From Trueperaceae bacterium (GTDB taxonomy: Bacteria; Deinococcota; Deinococci; Deinococcales; Trueperaceae): DNA of 64,000 bases. Positions within the stretch are counted from its first letter, which is position 1, and each line of letters opens with the position of its first letter. The position numbers were made by a program, and so were the translations under genes. The notes under the pieces are model-generated. The model was not told where the DNA came from. It saw only the letters and a program-made list of their open reading frames with translations, and did not search any database. The stretch spans positions 1 through 64,000 of the forward strand of contig JAXHNB010000001.1 of NCBI GenBank assembly GCA_034520945.1. Direction: 5' to 3'. Shown piece after piece: positions 31,893-45,947 of the stretch.

Positions 31893-32870
31893 TCAGAGCA
31901 GGTGTTGGACCGCGGCGCGCTCCTCCACGAGCTCCTGCTCGCTCGCCTGCATGCGCGCCGCGACCTCGTCGCTACGCGCCAGGCCGTCGACCACCGTGAT
32001 GCGACCGTCGGTGCACGTCACCGGGAAGGAGTAGATCAGCCCCTCCGCGACCCCGTAGGCACCAGAGCTCGGAATCGCCATGCTCACCCAGTCGCCCTCG
32101 GGCGTGCCGTGCACCCAATCGCGCACGTGGTCGACCGCCGCGGACGCGGCCGACGCCGCGCTCGAGGCACCCCGCGCCTCGATGATCGCGGCGCCCCGCT
32201 TTTGCACCGTCGGGATGAAGGTCTCCTCCACCCACTCGGACTCGACCAGGTCCAACGCCGGGCGCCCGCCGACCGTGGCGTGGGACACGTCCGGCACCTG
32301 CGTGCTCGAGTGGTTCCCCCATACCGTCATGCGACGCACGTCCGCGACCTTCGCCCCCGTCCGGACCGCCAGTTGACTGATGGCGCGGTTATGGTCCAGT
32401 CGCGTCATGGCCGTGAATGCCACGCTGGGAAGGTCGGGCGCATTGCGCATCGCGATCAGCGCATTGGTATTGGCCGGGTTGCCGACCACCAACACCCGCA
32501 CGTTCCGGCGGGCCACCTCGTTCAGCGCCTTGCCCTGTTCGGTGAAGATCGTGCCGTTGGCTTCCAGCAGATCCTTGCGCTCCATCCCCGGCCCCCGCGG
32601 GCGACTGCCGACCAGCAGCGCGACCTCCGCGTCGCGGAACGCCTCGCGCGGATCGCTGCTCGTCTCCACCCCGTGCAGCAGCGGATACGCGCCGTCGTGA
32701 AGCTCCATCGCGACCCCTTCGAGCGCCTTCATGGCAGGGGGGATTTCGAGCATCTGCAGGATCACCGGCCGGTCCTTGCCCAGCATTTCCCCCGCGGCGA
32801 TGCGAAACACCAGCGCGTAGCCGATCTGCCCGGCCGCACCGGTGACGGCGACCCTCGTCGGTTCCTTCAT
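31893..32870 (-). CDS. mdh: malate dehydrogenase
   Basis: [43 protein letters not shown]. Confidence 0.97.
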   Translation of the reverse strand: MKEPTRVAVTGAAGQIGYALVFRIAAGEMLGKDRPVILQMLEIPPAMKALEGVAMELHDGAYPLLHGVETSSDPREAFRDAEVALLVGSRPRGPGMERKDLLEANGTIFTEQGKALNEVARRNVRVLVVGNPANTNALIAMRNAPDLPSVAFTAMTRLDHNRAISQLAVRTGAKVADVRRMTVWGNHSSTQVPDVSHATVGGRPALDLVESEWVEETFIPTVQKRGAAIIEARGASSAASAASAAVDHVRDWVHGTPEGDWVSMAIPSSGAYGVAEGLIYSFPVTCTDGRITVVDGLARSDEVAARMQASEQELVEERAAVQHLL

Positions 32871-33004
32871 GGCTTCCTCCTCGCGGGACGCCGCGGCCGC
32901 CCGCGTGCCGCGCAGGCGCGCACGTCCCTGGTGGGCCGATCTTACCACCCCCGGGCGCGCGCCGGCTCCGCGCCCCGCGCCGTCCACCCGTCGCCTCACT
33001 TCGC

Positions 33005-33020
33005 CGTTTCACGTGAAACG
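33005..33020. promoter_or_regulatory. parS site
   Basis: Palindrome CGTTTCACGTGAAACG just downstream of parB. Confidence 0.88.
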
Positions 33021-33041
33021 CGCGGCGGCCGGGACCGGCCG

Positions 33042-33857
33042 CTACGCCTGATACCCCAGCATCTCGAGCAGCCGTTCCAGCTCCTCGCGCGACCGAAAAT
33101 GCAGCTCGATCCGCCCCTTGCGCCCACCGCGTATGCGGACCGGCGTCCCGGCATGCCGCGCCAGGTCGTCCTCCAGCTCACGGTAGCGCCCGTCGCTGGC
33201 ACTGCGCCCCTGCGGCGCCTTGGGCCGCTGCAGCGCCTCGGCCTGCCGCACCGACAACCCCCGCTCCACGATCCGTGCCAGCGCCCAGGCGCGATCCTCC
33301 TCGGGCTGCGCCAGGATCGCGCGGGCGTGGCCGGCCCGGATCTCGCCCCGGTCCAGCGCCGCCTGCGCCTCCTCCGGTAGGCTCAGCAGCCGCAGCGCAT
33401 TGGCGACCGCGCTGCGGCTCTTCCCCACCGCCCGGGCCACCTCCTCCTGCTCCATGCCAAAGCCCCGAAGACGCTCGAACGCGCGCGCCTCCTCCAACGC
33501 GGTCAGATCTTCGCGCTGCAGGTTCTCCACGATCGCGAGCTCCAACGTCTCCCGATCGTTCAACTCGTGCACCACCGCCGGTACCGAACTCAACCCCGCC
33601 TTCTGGGCGGCACGGAACCGACGTTCACCCGCCACGATCTCGAACCCGCCCTCAACGGGTCGGACCAACAGCGGTTGCAGCACCCCCTTGTCCGCCATGG
33701 AGGCCGCCAGCTCCGCCACCTTCGCCTCGTCCAAACGCGACCGCGGCTGGAACCGCGACGGCAACAACGATGACAGCGCCACCATCCGTGGGCCCTTCTC
33801 CGACTTCGGCAACAGCGCGTCCAGGCCCCGTCCAAGCCCCCTAGCCTTCGCTGACAC
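33042..33857 (-). CDS. parB: chromosome partitioning protein ParB
   Basis: [40 protein letters not shown]. Confidence 0.96.
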   Translation of the reverse strand: MSAKARGLGRGLDALLPKSEKGPRMVALSSLLPSRFQPRSRLDEAKVAELAASMADKGVLQPLLVRPVEGGFEIVAGERRFRAAQKAGLSSVPAVVHELNDRETLELAIVENLQREDLTALEEARAFERLRGFGMEQEEVARAVGKSRSAVANALRLLSLPEEAQAALDRGEIRAGHARAILAQPEEDRAWALARIVERGLSVRQAEALQRPKAPQGRSASDGRYRELEDDLARHAGTPVRIRGGRKGRIELHFRSREELERLLEMLGYQA

Positions 33858-34599
33858 GGCTCATCACCTCCCGGCCGAGCGCTGAATAGGCACTGGCCCC
33901 TTGCGACTGCGCAGCATAGGCGAAGATCGGCTGACCATAGGACGGCGCCTCGGCCAAGCGGACATTGCGCGGGATCACCGTGTCGAACACCTCGTCTCCG
34001 AAATGGTTGCGCACGCTCTCCTCCACCTGGCGCGACAGATTGGTCCGGCCGTCGTACATCGTCAACAGGATGCCGAGGATGCGCAGCGCCGGGTTCAGCG
34101 ACTCCCCGACCCGCTCCACGGTCTCCATCATCCCCACGATGCCCTCCAAGGCGTAGTACTCGGTTTGGATCGGCACGATTAGCAGGTCCGCAGCGACCAA
34201 GGAGTTCAGCGTCAACGCCCCGATCGATGGCGGTGCGTCCACGACGATGAACTCGTAGTTGGGCCGCACCCCGATCAACGCGCGTCGCAGCAGCGACAGG
34301 TCCTCCGTCGAGGTGTCGAGCTCGACCGCGGCGCCGGCCAGGTCCCCCGAGGCGGGCAGCACCCAGAGGTTCTCGGTCGAGGTCTCCACGATCGCCTGTC
34401 GTGCGGAGGCCTCGCCCACCAGCACGTCGTAGATGGTCGATTCCGGCCGCGCGATCCCCACGCCCGAGGTCGCGTTGGCCTGCGGGTCCAGGTCCACCAG
34501 CAACACCCGCCGGCCCTCCGCGAGCGCCGCCGCCAGGTTGACGGCCGTGGTCGTCTTTCCGACCCCGCCCTTCTGATTGATCACTCCGAGGATGGGCAC
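33841..34599 (-). CDS. parA: ParA/Soj ATPase
   Basis: [32 protein letters not shown]. Confidence 0.96.
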   Translation of the reverse strand: MPILGVINQKGGVGKTTTAVNLAAALAEGRRVLLVDLDPQANATSGVGIARPESTIYDVLVGEASARQAIVETSTENLWVLPASGDLAGAAVELDTSTEDLSLLRRALIGVRPNYEFIVVDAPPSIGALTLNSLVAADLLIVPIQTEYYALEGIVGMMETVERVGESLNPALRILGILLTMYDGRTNLSRQVEESVRNHFGDEVFDTVIPRNVRLAEAPSYGQPIFAYAAQSQGASAYSALGREVMSRVSEG

Positions 34600-35198
34600 G
34601 GCCGACCTCCCAGCGCGCGAACGGCTAGGAGCGTACCATGGCCCGGACGCGGCAGCGCGGCCAGCACCTCCGGGGTCGCCCCGAGGCGGTCCTCGAGCGC
34701 GTCCACCTCCGCGCGCCAGCCCGCACCCTTCCGCGCCACCAACACCACCGCCTCGCCATGCCGGTGTCGCGTGGCCGCGTAGATCTCCGTCAATGGCCCG
34801 ACCGCCTGCGCCGTCACCACGTCGAGGGCCGGGCCCTCCAATCGTCGCGCATCGCCCAAGCGCACCTCGGCACACGTGGGGCCGACCGCGGCCACGGCCA
34901 TGGACAGGAACGCTGTGCGCTTGCGCCGACGCTCGATCAGTTCGACGGGCAGCTCCGGAAGCGCCGCGGCGAGCACCACCCCCGGCAACCCCACGCCCGA
35001 GCCGAGGTCGGCAAGCCGCGCCGGGGCGGGGGAGAGGTCGGCCACCAAATCCGCATAGGCCCACGCCTCGGCCAGGTGGTCCGACAACCTTTCCAGCGCC
35101 GCCCCCGAGACGAGGTCGAGCGTCCCGTGATACCGCCGGATCAGGGCGGCGTAGCGCGCCAGCGCCGCGTCGACCTCAGCCGGCGAGCGCTGTTTCAC
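34581..35198 (-). CDS. rsmG: 16S rRNA m7G527 methyltransferase
   Basis: [21 protein letters not shown]; located between mnmG and parA; start approximate. Confidence 0.85.
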   Translation of the reverse strand: MKQRSPAEVDAALARYAALIRRYHGTLDLVSGAALERLSDHLAEAWAYADLVADLSPAPARLADLGSGVGLPGVVLAAALPELPVELIERRRKRTAFLSMAVAAVGPTCAEVRLGDARRLEGPALDVVTAQAVGPLTEIYAATRHRHGEAVVLVARKGAGWRAEVDALEDRLGATPEVLAALPRPGHGTLLAVRALGGRPCPSSE

Positions 35199-36999
35199 GT
35201 GAAACGCCGCCGCGCCGCTTGACGTGCACCAGCAGCGCCGTCACGTCGCTGTCGCGCACGCCCCGCATCCGCTGCGCCGCCCCCAACGTGGCCGGCTGCT
35301 GGTTTTGCAGCGCTTCGCGCCCTTCGTTGGACAGGCTCGGCACCTCCTGGAACGACACGCCCTGCAGGCTCAGCCGCTCGTACTCCCCCCGCGCCTCGAG
35401 CTGCTTCCGACTCCGCTCGATGTAGGAGGCGTAGCCCACCAGGATCTCGACGCGCCGGATCTCTTCGCCGCTCAGCGGCACGTCGGCCGCCCCCACCCGG
35501 GCCGCCACGGAGGCGTAGTCGGCGCCGGGCCGCCGCAGCAGCTTGCTTCCGCTGTCGGCCCCGTCCCGCACCCACTCCAAGCGCGCCACTTCGGCCTCGA
35601 CCCGCTCACGCGATTCCGTCACCGCGGCCTCCGTCGCGGCGTCGACCATGCCCCAGGCGTGCCCCAGGCCGGTCAGCCGGTCCGCGGCGTTGTCCTGCCG
35701 ATGCAACAAACGATACTCGTTCCTACTGGTAAGCATACGGTACGGTTCATCGATTCCCCACCGAACCAGGTCGTCCAACAGTACGCCCACGTAGCCTTGG
35801 TCGCGCCGCACCGTCACCCGTCCTTGGCCCCCGGCGTGCCGCGCCGCGTTCACGCCCGCCACCAAACCTTGGGCGGCCGCCTCCTCGTAGCCGCTGGTGC
35901 CGTTGATCTGTCCGGCGCTGAACAGCCCCGGCAGCCGCTTGGACATCATCGACACGTCCAACTGCGTCGGGTCGAACGCGTCGTACTCGACCGCATAGGC
36001 GTACCGCTGGATCGCCGCTCGCTCGAAGCCCGGCAGCGTCCGGATCATGTCGTCTTGCAGGATCGGCGGCATCGACGAGGAGAACCCTTGCAGGTACACC
36101 TCGCTGGTCTGCAGCCCGTCCGGCTCCACGAACAGCAGGTGACGGTCCTTGTCGGCGAACTTGACCACCTTGTCCTCGATCGAGGGGCAGTAGCGCGGGC
36201 CCTGCGTGTCGATCGCGCCGCCGTACATCGCCGACGCCTCCAGGTTCTCCTGGATCAGCCGGTGCGTCGCCGGCGTCGTGTGCGTCAACCAGGTGGGGCT
36301 CTCCGCCGCACGCGGGCCCGGCGTCCCGGTGAACGAACCCGGCGGGTCGTCGGCCGCGACTTCGTCCAGCACCGAGAAGTCCACCGAATCGGCCCGCACC
36401 CGGGGCGGGGTGCCCGTCTTGAACCGGAGCAGGTCGTGGCCGGTCGCGCGAAGGCTGCGCGAGAGGTGCCGCGCCGGCGCCTCGCCCTGCCGGCCGGCCT
36501 CCCGGCTCTTCTTGCCGTACCAGACCACGCCGGACAAAAACGTGCCGGTGCACAGCACCACGGAGGGTGCGTCCAACACGCGCCCGTCGGTGAGCCTCAC
36601 GCCGCAGGCGCGCCCACGGGACACCGCGAGCTCGGCGACCTCGCCCCGCACCAACTCGATGCCGACCGTGCCCTCGATCCGATCTCGGGCGGCGGCCGCG
36701 TAGGCGTCGCGTTCGTTCTGCACGCGGAGCGATTGCACCGCGGGTCCCTTGCTCGCATTCAGCGTGCGCGCGTGGATCGCGGTCGCGTCCGCCAGCGACC
36801 CCATCACGCCGCCGAGGGCTTGCAGCTCGAACACCAGTTGGGACTTCCCGGGGCCGCCCACCGCCGGGTTGCACGGCATCAGGCCGATCTTGTCGGGGTG
36901 GGGGAGAGCCAACGCCACGCGCGACCCCAGCTTCGCCGCGGCCGATGCCGCCTCGATGCCGGCGTGGCCGCCGCCGACCACCACTACGTCGAAGGTCAT
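35176..36999 (-). CDS. mnmG: tRNA modification enzyme MnmG (GidA)
   Basis: [47 protein letters not shown]. Confidence 0.97.
   Translation of the reverse strand: MTFDVVVVGGGHAGIEAASAAAKLGSRVALALPHPDKIGLMPCNPAVGGPGKSQLVFELQALGGVMGSLADATAIHARTLNASKGPAVQSLRVQNERDAYAAAARDRIEGTVGIELVRGEVAELAVSRGRACGVRLTDGRVLDAPSVVLCTGTFLSGVVWYGKKSREAGRQGEAPARHLSRSLRATGHDLLRFKTGTPPRVRADSVDFSVLDEVAADDPPGSFTGTPGPRAAESPTWLTHTTPATHRLIQENLEASAMYGGAIDTQGPRYCPSIEDKVVKFADKDRHLLFVEPDGLQTSEVYLQGFSSSMPPILQDDMIRTLPGFERAAIQRYAYAVEYDAFDPTQLDVSMMSKRLPGLFSAGQINGTSGYEEAAAQGLVAGVNAARHAGGQGRVTVRRDQGYVGVLLDDLVRWGIDEPYRMLTSRNEYRLLHRQDNAADRLTGLGHAWGMVDAATEAAVTESRERVEAEVARLEWVRDGADSGSKLLRRPGADYASVAARVGAADVPLSGEEIRRVEILVGYASYIERSRKQLEARGEYERLSLQGVSFQEVPSLSNEGREALQNQQPATLGAAQRMRGVRDSDVTALLVHVKRRGGVSRETALAG
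35191..35206. promoter_or_regulatory. parS site
   Basis: TGTTTCACGTGAAACG at the mnmG/rsmG junction. Confidence 0.88.
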
Positions 37000-37170
37000 G
37001 CGGGTTCCCCCTCTCCAAGGTTCCGCGTCTTGGACGGCCCCGCCCGGGCGTACCCATCGGGGCCGATCGCGCATCCGCGCAGTATAGCGCGCCCCTTGGA
37101 GCTCGCCCGCAAGCCATCTGGCCATCTGATATGGTGCTCGCCAGGCCGCCGGGCGGAGGACCCCACATCC

Positions 37171-38511
37171 ATGACACGAGACGCTGCCATCTGGGACGAC
37201 ATTCTCGACTACGTCCAGCGGGAAATTCCCGACGTGGAGTTTCGGACGTGGTTCCAGCAGGTCCGCCCGCTGGGGATCGAGAACGGCTCGTACATGATCG
37301 GCGTCCCCCACTCCTTCGCACGGGACTGGCTCAAGTCGCACTACGCCCCGGTGTTGGAGACGGCGCTGCGCGATCTTGGCGCCCCCTCGCCGCACGTCGG
37401 ATTCCAGGTCGTGCCGTTTCAGCAGAGCGAGCAACAGGACCTCTTCTCGCTTCAGGAGGAACCCGAGCCGACCGACCCGCCCCCCGCCCGCACCAAGGTG
37501 GCGCTGAATCCGAAGTACGTGTTCACCAACTTCGTGGTCGGCCCGAACAACAACCTCGCGCACGCCGCGGCGTTGGCGATCGCGGAGTCACCGGGGCGCG
37601 CCTACAACCCGCTGTTCGTCTACGGCGACGCCGGCCTGGGCAAGACGCACCTGATGCATGCCGTCGGGCACGCCGTGGTCGGCCGCTATCCGCGACTGCA
37701 GGTCGAGTACGTCACCACCGAAGCGTTCACCAACGACCTGATCACCGCGATCCGCGAGGACCGGATGACGTCGTTCCGGAACCGCTACCGCTCGATCGAC
37801 CTGCTGCTGATCGACGACGTGCAGTTCATCGCCGGCAAGGAGCGCACCCAGGAGGAGTTCTTCCACACCTTCAACGCGCTGTACGAATCCGGCAAGCAGA
37901 TCCTGGTCACTTCGGACCGGCCCCCCAAGGACATCCCCACGCTCGAGAACCGCCTCCGCAGCCGGTTCGAGTGGGGCCTGATCACCGACATCCAGGCCCC
38001 GGCCCTGGAGACGCGCATCGCGATCCTGACGATGAACGCCGAGTACCGGGGCGTGAAGGTGCCGGACGAGGTGATCGACTACATCGCGCGTCACGCCACC
38101 AGCAACATCCGCGAACTCGAAGGGGCGCTGGTCCGCGTGATCGTGTTCGCCAGCATGAACAACGTGGACATGTCCCGCCAGGTGGCGGCGCAGGCGCTGT
38201 CGGACGTGTTCACGCCCAGCGACGTCGTGCCCACCATGGCGGACGTGCTGCGGGTCACGGCCAAGCACTTCGGCTTGGAGCCGGCCGATGTCCGCTCGAA
38301 GGGCCGGCGGCAACAGATCGTCGTGCCCCGGCAGATCACCATGTACCTGATCCGCGATCTGACCTCGCACTCGTTTCCCGAGATCGGCCAGTTCTTCGGG
38401 GGCCGCGACCACTCGACGGTTCTGTATGCGGTCCAGAAGGCGCAGGATCGGCTCGAGAACGACCCCGAACTGGCCAAGTCGGTCGCCGAGATCCGCGCCC
38501 AACTGTCCTGA
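37171..38511 (+). CDS. dnaA: chromosomal replication initiator DnaA
   Basis: [42 protein letters not shown]. Confidence 0.98.
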   Translation: MTRDAAIWDDILDYVQREIPDVEFRTWFQQVRPLGIENGSYMIGVPHSFARDWLKSHYAPVLETALRDLGAPSPHVGFQVVPFQQSEQQDLFSLQEEPEPTDPPPARTKVALNPKYVFTNFVVGPNNNLAHAAALAIAESPGRAYNPLFVYGDAGLGKTHLMHAVGHAVVGRYPRLQVEYVTTEAFTNDLITAIREDRMTSFRNRYRSIDLLLIDDVQFIAGKERTQEEFFHTFNALYESGKQILVTSDRPPKDIPTLENRLRSRFEWGLITDIQAPALETRIAILTMNAEYRGVKVPDEVIDYIARHATSNIRELEGALVRVIVFASMNNVDMSRQVAAQALSDVFTPSDVVPTMADVLRVTAKHFGLEPADVRSKGRRQQIVVPRQITMYLIRDLTSHSFPEIGQFFGGRDHSTVLYAVQKAQDRLENDPELAKSVAEIRAQLS

Positions 38512-38599
38512 GCGCGCTCCGCCTGCAACGTGGGCGGCCCGAACCGAAGTCGGCCCGTCCCTCGGGCGTCGCCGACCCGCGCACCGCGATCGCCGCACC

Positions 38600-39030
38600 C
38601 CCGTATCCACCCCTTGTCCACAGTTTCGCGCCGGTTATCCACAACCCGGCGCGCGCTGCGTGCGTCTCCGTCGCGCCGGATCCAGCCGCCCCGTCCCAGC
38701 CGGCGTACCGGCGACACGCCCAGCGGAACGCCCCGCCGAAACACGGCACATATCGCGTGTGTGACGTCGTGATTCAGCTCCTGGGCCCATCGTGTGGACA
38801 AGGGTGTGAACGGCCTGTGGGCATCGTGTGGAGGAGGGTGTGCAGAAGCGGGGGGCCTGGATCGCTGTGGAAAGATGTGGACGAATCCGCCGGTTATCCA
38901 CAGGCCGCCGTCGTTCCTCCACAGCGCTGTTCACAGCGACGCGGCCGTCCGATACGCGGTTCTTTGCGGTTGTCCACTCGGTCCACAACCCCTACGACTA
39001 GGTCTATGCCCATATTTCGTTCTAAGAAAA
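38600..39030. other. replication origin oriC
   Basis: Perfect TTATCCACA at 38635 and 38894, many near-matches (38614, 38793, 38866, 38876, 38915, 38970, 38979), then CTA-type trios and an AT-rich patch. Confidence 0.9.
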
Positions 39031-39168
39031 CCTCGCCACCCCCGTTGATGCCTCCCGATGCTAGGCCAAGCCTCATCGATGAGGCGCCCCCAGGCGCACG
39101 AATGCCCACAGGACGCATATACGGTATGCTACGTTCACATTGACGCCTGAATTCTCCAGGAGAGACGC

Positions 39169-40257
39169 ATGAAGGTCCAGATCCCCACCAAGTCTCTAGC
39201 CGAGACCTTGCAGCGGGTCGAACGAATCGTGCCGACGCGCAGCAGCAATCCCGGCCTGACCCTCATTCGACTGGAACTCCTGGACGACGCGCTGCGCTTC
39301 AGCGGCAGCAACCTCGACCTCGACATCGAAGCCACCGTCGCCGCGGACGTCCGCGGCGACGGCACCTTCGCGCTGCCCGCGCAGGTGTTCTCGCAGGTCG
39401 TCAGGGCCCTTCCGGGCGACACGGTCGATCTCGAGGCGGAAGACAACGAGTTGGGCGTGTCGTCGGCCGCCTTCGCGACCAAACTCCAACTCGTCGATCC
39501 GGAAAGCGCGCCCAGGGTGACGTTTCCGGACAGCTACAGCGGGTCGCTGCCCGGCGACGCCCTGGCCGAAGCGCTCGGCAGCGTTCGGTACGCCGCCGCC
39601 GTCGCGGAGTACCAGGCGATCTTCCGGGGCGTGAAGCTGGAACTGAGCGACGCGGGGAGCCGCGCCGTGGCGACCGACGGCTTCCGCCTCGCCTACCGTG
39701 ACATGGAGCACGTCAGCGGCCTCAGTGCTGAGATGGTGGTGCCGGCCCGCAGCGTCGACGAGATGATCCGCATCGTCGGGGACGGCCCCGCCGAGCTCGA
39801 GCCCGGCGATGGACAGGTCTCGGTGCGGTGCGGCGCCTACCGCGTGAACGTGAAGCTGATGGAGGGGACCTTCCCCGACTACCGGCGCGTGATTCCCAGC
39901 AGTTTCCCGGTGACCGTGACCATGAACGCCGCGGCCTTCGCGGAAGCCGTCGAGCGCGTGGCGGTCATGGCCGACAAGACGGCCAACAACCGCGTGGACC
40001 TGTTCATTCGCGAGGGCGTGCTGCAGATCACCGCCGAGGGCGCGTACGGGCGCTCGCAAGAGGCCCTCGAGGTGCGTCAGGAAGGCACCGACTCGCAGAT
40101 GGCGCTGGCGTACAACGCCAAGTACCTCACCGACGCGTTGCATCCCATCCAGGGCGAGCTTCGTGTGCAGTTCTCCGGCCCCACCAGCCCCAGCGTGCTG
40201 GTCGACCCGGACGAGCCGTCCTACCTCGCGATGGTGGTGCCCCTCCGCACCGGCTGA
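39169..40257 (+). CDS. dnaN: DNA polymerase III beta clamp
   Basis: VATDGFRLA, GTFPDYRRVIP, NAKYLTDAL, MVVPLR. Confidence 0.96.
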   Translation: MKVQIPTKSLAETLQRVERIVPTRSSNPGLTLIRLELLDDALRFSGSNLDLDIEATVAADVRGDGTFALPAQVFSQVVRALPGDTVDLEAEDNELGVSSAAFATKLQLVDPESAPRVTFPDSYSGSLPGDALAEALGSVRYAAAVAEYQAIFRGVKLELSDAGSRAVATDGFRLAYRDMEHVSGLSAEMVVPARSVDEMIRIVGDGPAELEPGDGQVSVRCGAYRVNVKLMEGTFPDYRRVIPSSFPVTVTMNAAAFAEAVERVAVMADKTANNRVDLFIREGVLQITAEGAYGRSQEALEVRQEGTDSQMALAYNAKYLTDALHPIQGELRVQFSGPTSPSVLVDPDEPSYLAMVVPLRTG

Positions 40258-40359
40258 AGGCGGGAGGTACGGCGTGCGCTCGGTGTCGCTGTCGCGCGGC
40301 CGGCGCCCCCGGCGGCCCTGCGCTCGTCGGTGCGGCCGCACGGCCCGATGCGAGGGTAG

Positions 40360-43191
<2,832 letters not shown>

Positions 43192-43208
43192 GTCCGCAGG
43201 TCCCACGA

Positions 43209-43244
43209 GCCGCCCCTCCCGCGCCCAGGCGCGGGAGGGGCGGC
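43209..43244. terminator. hairpin between convergent pyk and merR
   Basis: GCCGCCCCTCCCGCGCC...GGCGCGGGAGGGGCGGC. Confidence 0.6.
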
Positions 43245-43261
43245 GCCCCTAGCCTGCGCCC

Positions 43262-43714
43262 CTAGCCATGAACCGTGCCCAGAGCGGACGCGTCCGCATC
43301 GTCCGCCACGTCGGGCGGACAGCCGCAGCCGGGTCCGCACGGCCCGGACGGCGGGTGGCCCATCAGCCGCCCGTAGGCGTCCTCGAGGTGCGCTCCGAGC
43401 GTGCGTAGCTCCTCGATGCGGTGGCGGACCTCCTCGAGCTTGCTGGCGAGGAGGCGCTGAAGCTCCTCGCGCGTCATCGAGCACGCGCCTTCGCTCCAGC
43501 ACCCGAGCAGCTCGGCGGTGTCGTCGAGGGACAGGCCGAGCCGCTTGGCGCGCCGTACGAAGTGCAGCGCCTCGATCGCGTCGTCGTCGTACAGCCGGTA
43601 CCCGGACGCGCTCCGGCGCGGCGCCGGGAGCAGGTCGATTCGCTCGTAGTAGCGAATGGTGGGCGCCGTGAAGCCGGTGGCCCGTGCCAGTGCCGAGATG
43701 GTCATCCCGTCCAT
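43262..43714 (-). CDS. MerR family metal-responsive regulator
   Basis: TIRYYERIDLL, SGYRLY, AKRLGLSL, GAC and CGPGCGC cysteines. Confidence 0.9.
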   Translation of the reverse strand: MDGMTISALARATGFTAPTIRYYERIDLLPAPRRSASGYRLYDDDAIEALHFVRRAKRLGLSLDDTAELLGCWSEGACSMTREELQRLLASKLEEVRHRIEELRTLGAHLEDAYGRLMGHPPSGPCGPGCGCPPDVADDADASALGTVHG

Positions 43715-43720
43715 GCCCTC

Positions 43721-43752
43721 AGCCTAAACCCCGAAGTCGACTTCAAGGTGAA
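43721..43752 (-). promoter_or_regulatory. MerR-type promoter/operator
   Basis: TTCACC-20 bp-TAGGCT enclosing dyad ACCTTGAAGTCGACTTCGGGGT; ATG 6 nt after the -10. Confidence 0.7.
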
Positions 43753-43918
43753 GGGGCAGAACCACGGCGCCGCCCGGCACCGACTCGCCGGTGAGGGTGG
43801 ACCGGTCGAGGTCGAGGTGCCGCTCACGGCGTGCGCGTGCCGCCGTGAGCGTGGTGGGAATCCACGTCCGCGATCATATCTCGGAATTGTTCCGAAAATG
43901 GTGCGGGGGTCGAAACGT

Positions 43919-43950
43919 GCGGGGCGGGACCGATCGTGGTCCCGCCCCGC
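43919..43950 (-). terminator. hairpin after rplI
   Basis: GCGGGGCGGGACC-6-GGTCCCGCCCCGC. Confidence 0.6.
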
Positions 43951-43971
43951 GCGTCATTCGCATGTCGGGCG

Positions 43972-44418
43972 TCAGCCCTCGGCGACCACCACGACGTCCA
44001 GGTCGATGGTGACCTCGGGGTGCGGTTTGTAGGGAAGGGTGTAGCGGCCGAGCGTCTTGATCGGCTCGGACAGCTCGATCTTGCGGCGGTCCACCTCGAC
44101 GTCGTACGCCTTCTTGAGGGCGTCCGCGACGTCGCGGTTGGTGACCGAGCCGTAGATGCGCTCTTCGCCCGCCTTGACGCGGATCTCGACGGCGGCGTCG
44201 GCGAGGAGCTCCTTGAGCCGTTCGGCGTCGTTCTTGCGTTCCGACAACTGCCGTGCCCGCTGTTCCAGGCGCGCCTGAAGCTCCTTCTGGTTGCCCTTCG
44301 TGGCGGGCAGCGCCAGCCCCTGCGGGACCAGCCAGTTGCGGGCGTAGCCCGGCTTGACCCCCACCACGTCGCCGGCCTCGCCGAGGGTGCCGACGGGTTC
44401 CAGCAGGATGACGTTCAC
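43972..44418 (-). CDS. rplI: 50S ribosomal protein L9
   Basis: VILLEPVGTLG, VKPGYARNWLVP, IYGSVT. Confidence 0.96.
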   Translation of the reverse strand: MNVILLEPVGTLGEAGDVVGVKPGYARNWLVPQGLALPATKGNQKELQARLEQRARQLSERKNDAERLKELLADAAVEIRVKAGEERIYGSVTNRDVADALKKAYDVEVDRRKIELSEPIKTLGRYTLPYKPHPEVTIDLDVVVVAEG

Positions 44419-44687
44419 TTGCGCACCAGCTTCTCGGTGATGGGGACCAGGGCCAGCATGCGGGCCCGCTTGATCGTCGTCGCCAGCCGGCGTTGGTGCT
44501 TGGCGCACACGCCCGTGCGGCGGCGCGGCAGGATCTTGGCGGTATCGCTGATGAAGCGGCGCACCATGCGTTGATCGTGGTAGGCCGTGATCTCCATCTC
44601 GCCCGTGCAGAACGGGCATACCTTGGGCCGGCGGCCCCGCCGGCCACCTGGGCGGCGGCGTTTGGCGTCTTTCGCGTCTCGTGCCAT
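44415..44687 (-). CDS. rpsR: 30S ribosomal protein S18 (Zn-binding form)
   Basis: KVCPFC, KILPRRRTGVCAKHQR, IKRAR. Confidence 0.96.
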   Translation of the reverse strand: MARDAKDAKRRRPGGRRGRRPKVCPFCTGEMEITAYHDQRMVRRFISDTAKILPRRRTGVCAKHQRRLATTIKRARMLALVPITEKLVRK

Positions 44688-45535
44688 CAGAAGGGTAGAT
44701 CCTCCTCGGGTGGGAATTCGTCGTCGATGTCCAATCGGCGTTCCTGCCCTGCCTGGGCGCCGCGGGCGTCCTCGCGGGATTGCGAGGCCGGTCCGCCGCG
44801 GGTCCCGGTTCCACCACCACCGGGACCGCGGGTCAGGAACTCCACGCGCGACCCTTCGATGCGCGTCGTGAAGCGCCGATTTCCGTCACGGTCGGTCCAA
44901 GAGTCGTTCACCAGGCGGCCGGACACGAGGACCGGGTCGCCCTTGCTCAACTCGGCGCAGCCCTCCGCCAACTCGCGCCAGACGTTGATGTCGACGAAGT
45001 GGGTCCGTTCCTGGTCCTGGCCGCTCTTGTCGCGAAACCGATCGTTCACCGCCATGCCGAAGCGCGCCACCGCCGCCCCTGAGGGCGTGTAGCGGAGCTC
45101 GGCGTCGCGGGTGAGGTTGCCGATCAGCGTCACCTGGTTCAACGCGCCGCGGAGGCGCTGTTGGCCCTTGGCGTCGCCGACCGTCGTCTCGCCGCTGCGG
45201 GGGCCGAACGTCATGGCCTCCACGCGCGTGGCGACCACGTCCAGTGCGCTGCGCCGTTGCCCGTCCTGGCTCTCCCAGGTGCGGTAGTCGACGCGCCCTT
45301 CGAGGAACACGGGGTCTCCTGCGTGCAGTTGGTCGGCCAGCATCTCGGCCTGGCCGCCGAACACCGTCGCGCGGTGGTACCAGGCCAGCTCGCGCTCCTT
45401 GCCGTCGTCGCCGACGACGTGATCGTTGCCGGCCAGGTTCAGCTCCAGGATGGCGAGGCCCCCGGGCGTGTAGCGCATCTCGGGGTCCTGCACCAGGGTG
45501 CCGACCATCAACACGTGATTCAGTCCTCGTGCCAT
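44687..45535 (-). CDS. ssb: single-stranded DNA-binding protein, two OB folds
   Basis: MARGLNHV..MRYTPGG and ALNQVTLIGNLTRDAELRYTPSG; tail EEDLPF. Confidence 0.97.
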   Translation of the reverse strand: MARGLNHVLMVGTLVQDPEMRYTPGGLAILELNLAGNDHVVGDDGKERELAWYHRATVFGGQAEMLADQLHAGDPVFLEGRVDYRTWESQDGQRRSALDVVATRVEAMTFGPRSGETTVGDAKGQQRLRGALNQVTLIGNLTRDAELRYTPSGAAVARFGMAVNDRFRDKSGQDQERTHFVDINVWRELAEGCAELSKGDPVLVSGRLVNDSWTDRDGNRRFTTRIEGSRVEFLTRGPGGGGTGTRGGPASQSREDARGAQAGQERRLDIDDEFPPEEDLPF

Positions 45536-45602
45536 GCGTTCCTCTGTCTCTGTGGGCGCGCCGCGTGGCGCGGCGACAATGTGGCTCCCTGCGGCGGGCG
45601 CC

Positions 45603-45947
45603 TCAGTCGGCCGCCGGGGCCGCCGCGGGCTGGGCCTTGCGGGTGTGCCACTCGGGGCGGTCCTTGACGACCAGCACGCGCATCACGTTGTCGCGCTGGC
45701 GCAAGGAGGCCTCGATCTGCTTGGGCGTGTCGTTCGGGAGCGACAGCCGGTAGATCAGGTAGTACCCCTCGTTCAGCTTGCGGATCGGGTAGGCCAGGCG
45801 TTGGCTGCCCCACTCGTCGAGCTTGACGAGCGTGCCTCCGGCGCGCTGAATCTGCGCGTCGACGGCGTCCTTCTCCGTCTGCACCTGGGCGTCGGACAGG
45901 CCCGGGTCGAGGATCAGATTCAGGTCGTACTCTGCGGTCTTGGTCAT
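45603..45947 (-). CDS. rpsF: 30S ribosomal protein S6
   Basis: YDLNLILDP, WGSQRLAYPIRK, EGYY; GGAGG RBS. Confidence 0.96.
   Translation of the reverse strand: MTKTAEYDLNLILDPGLSDAQVQTEKDAVDAQIQRAGGTLVKLDEWGSQRLAYPIRKLNEGYYLIYRLSLPNDTPKQIEASLRQRDNVMRVLVVKDRPEWHTRKAQPAAAPAAD

Noticed and set aside
35224..37170. Long N-terminal extension of DnaA (1095-aa ORF)
   Set aside because: Antisense shadow of mnmG in high-GC DNA; real start is 37171 after GGAGG
38600..39000. CRISPR or iteron array
   Set aside because: Repeats are 9-mer DnaA boxes; no repeat-spacer structure and no cas or rep genes
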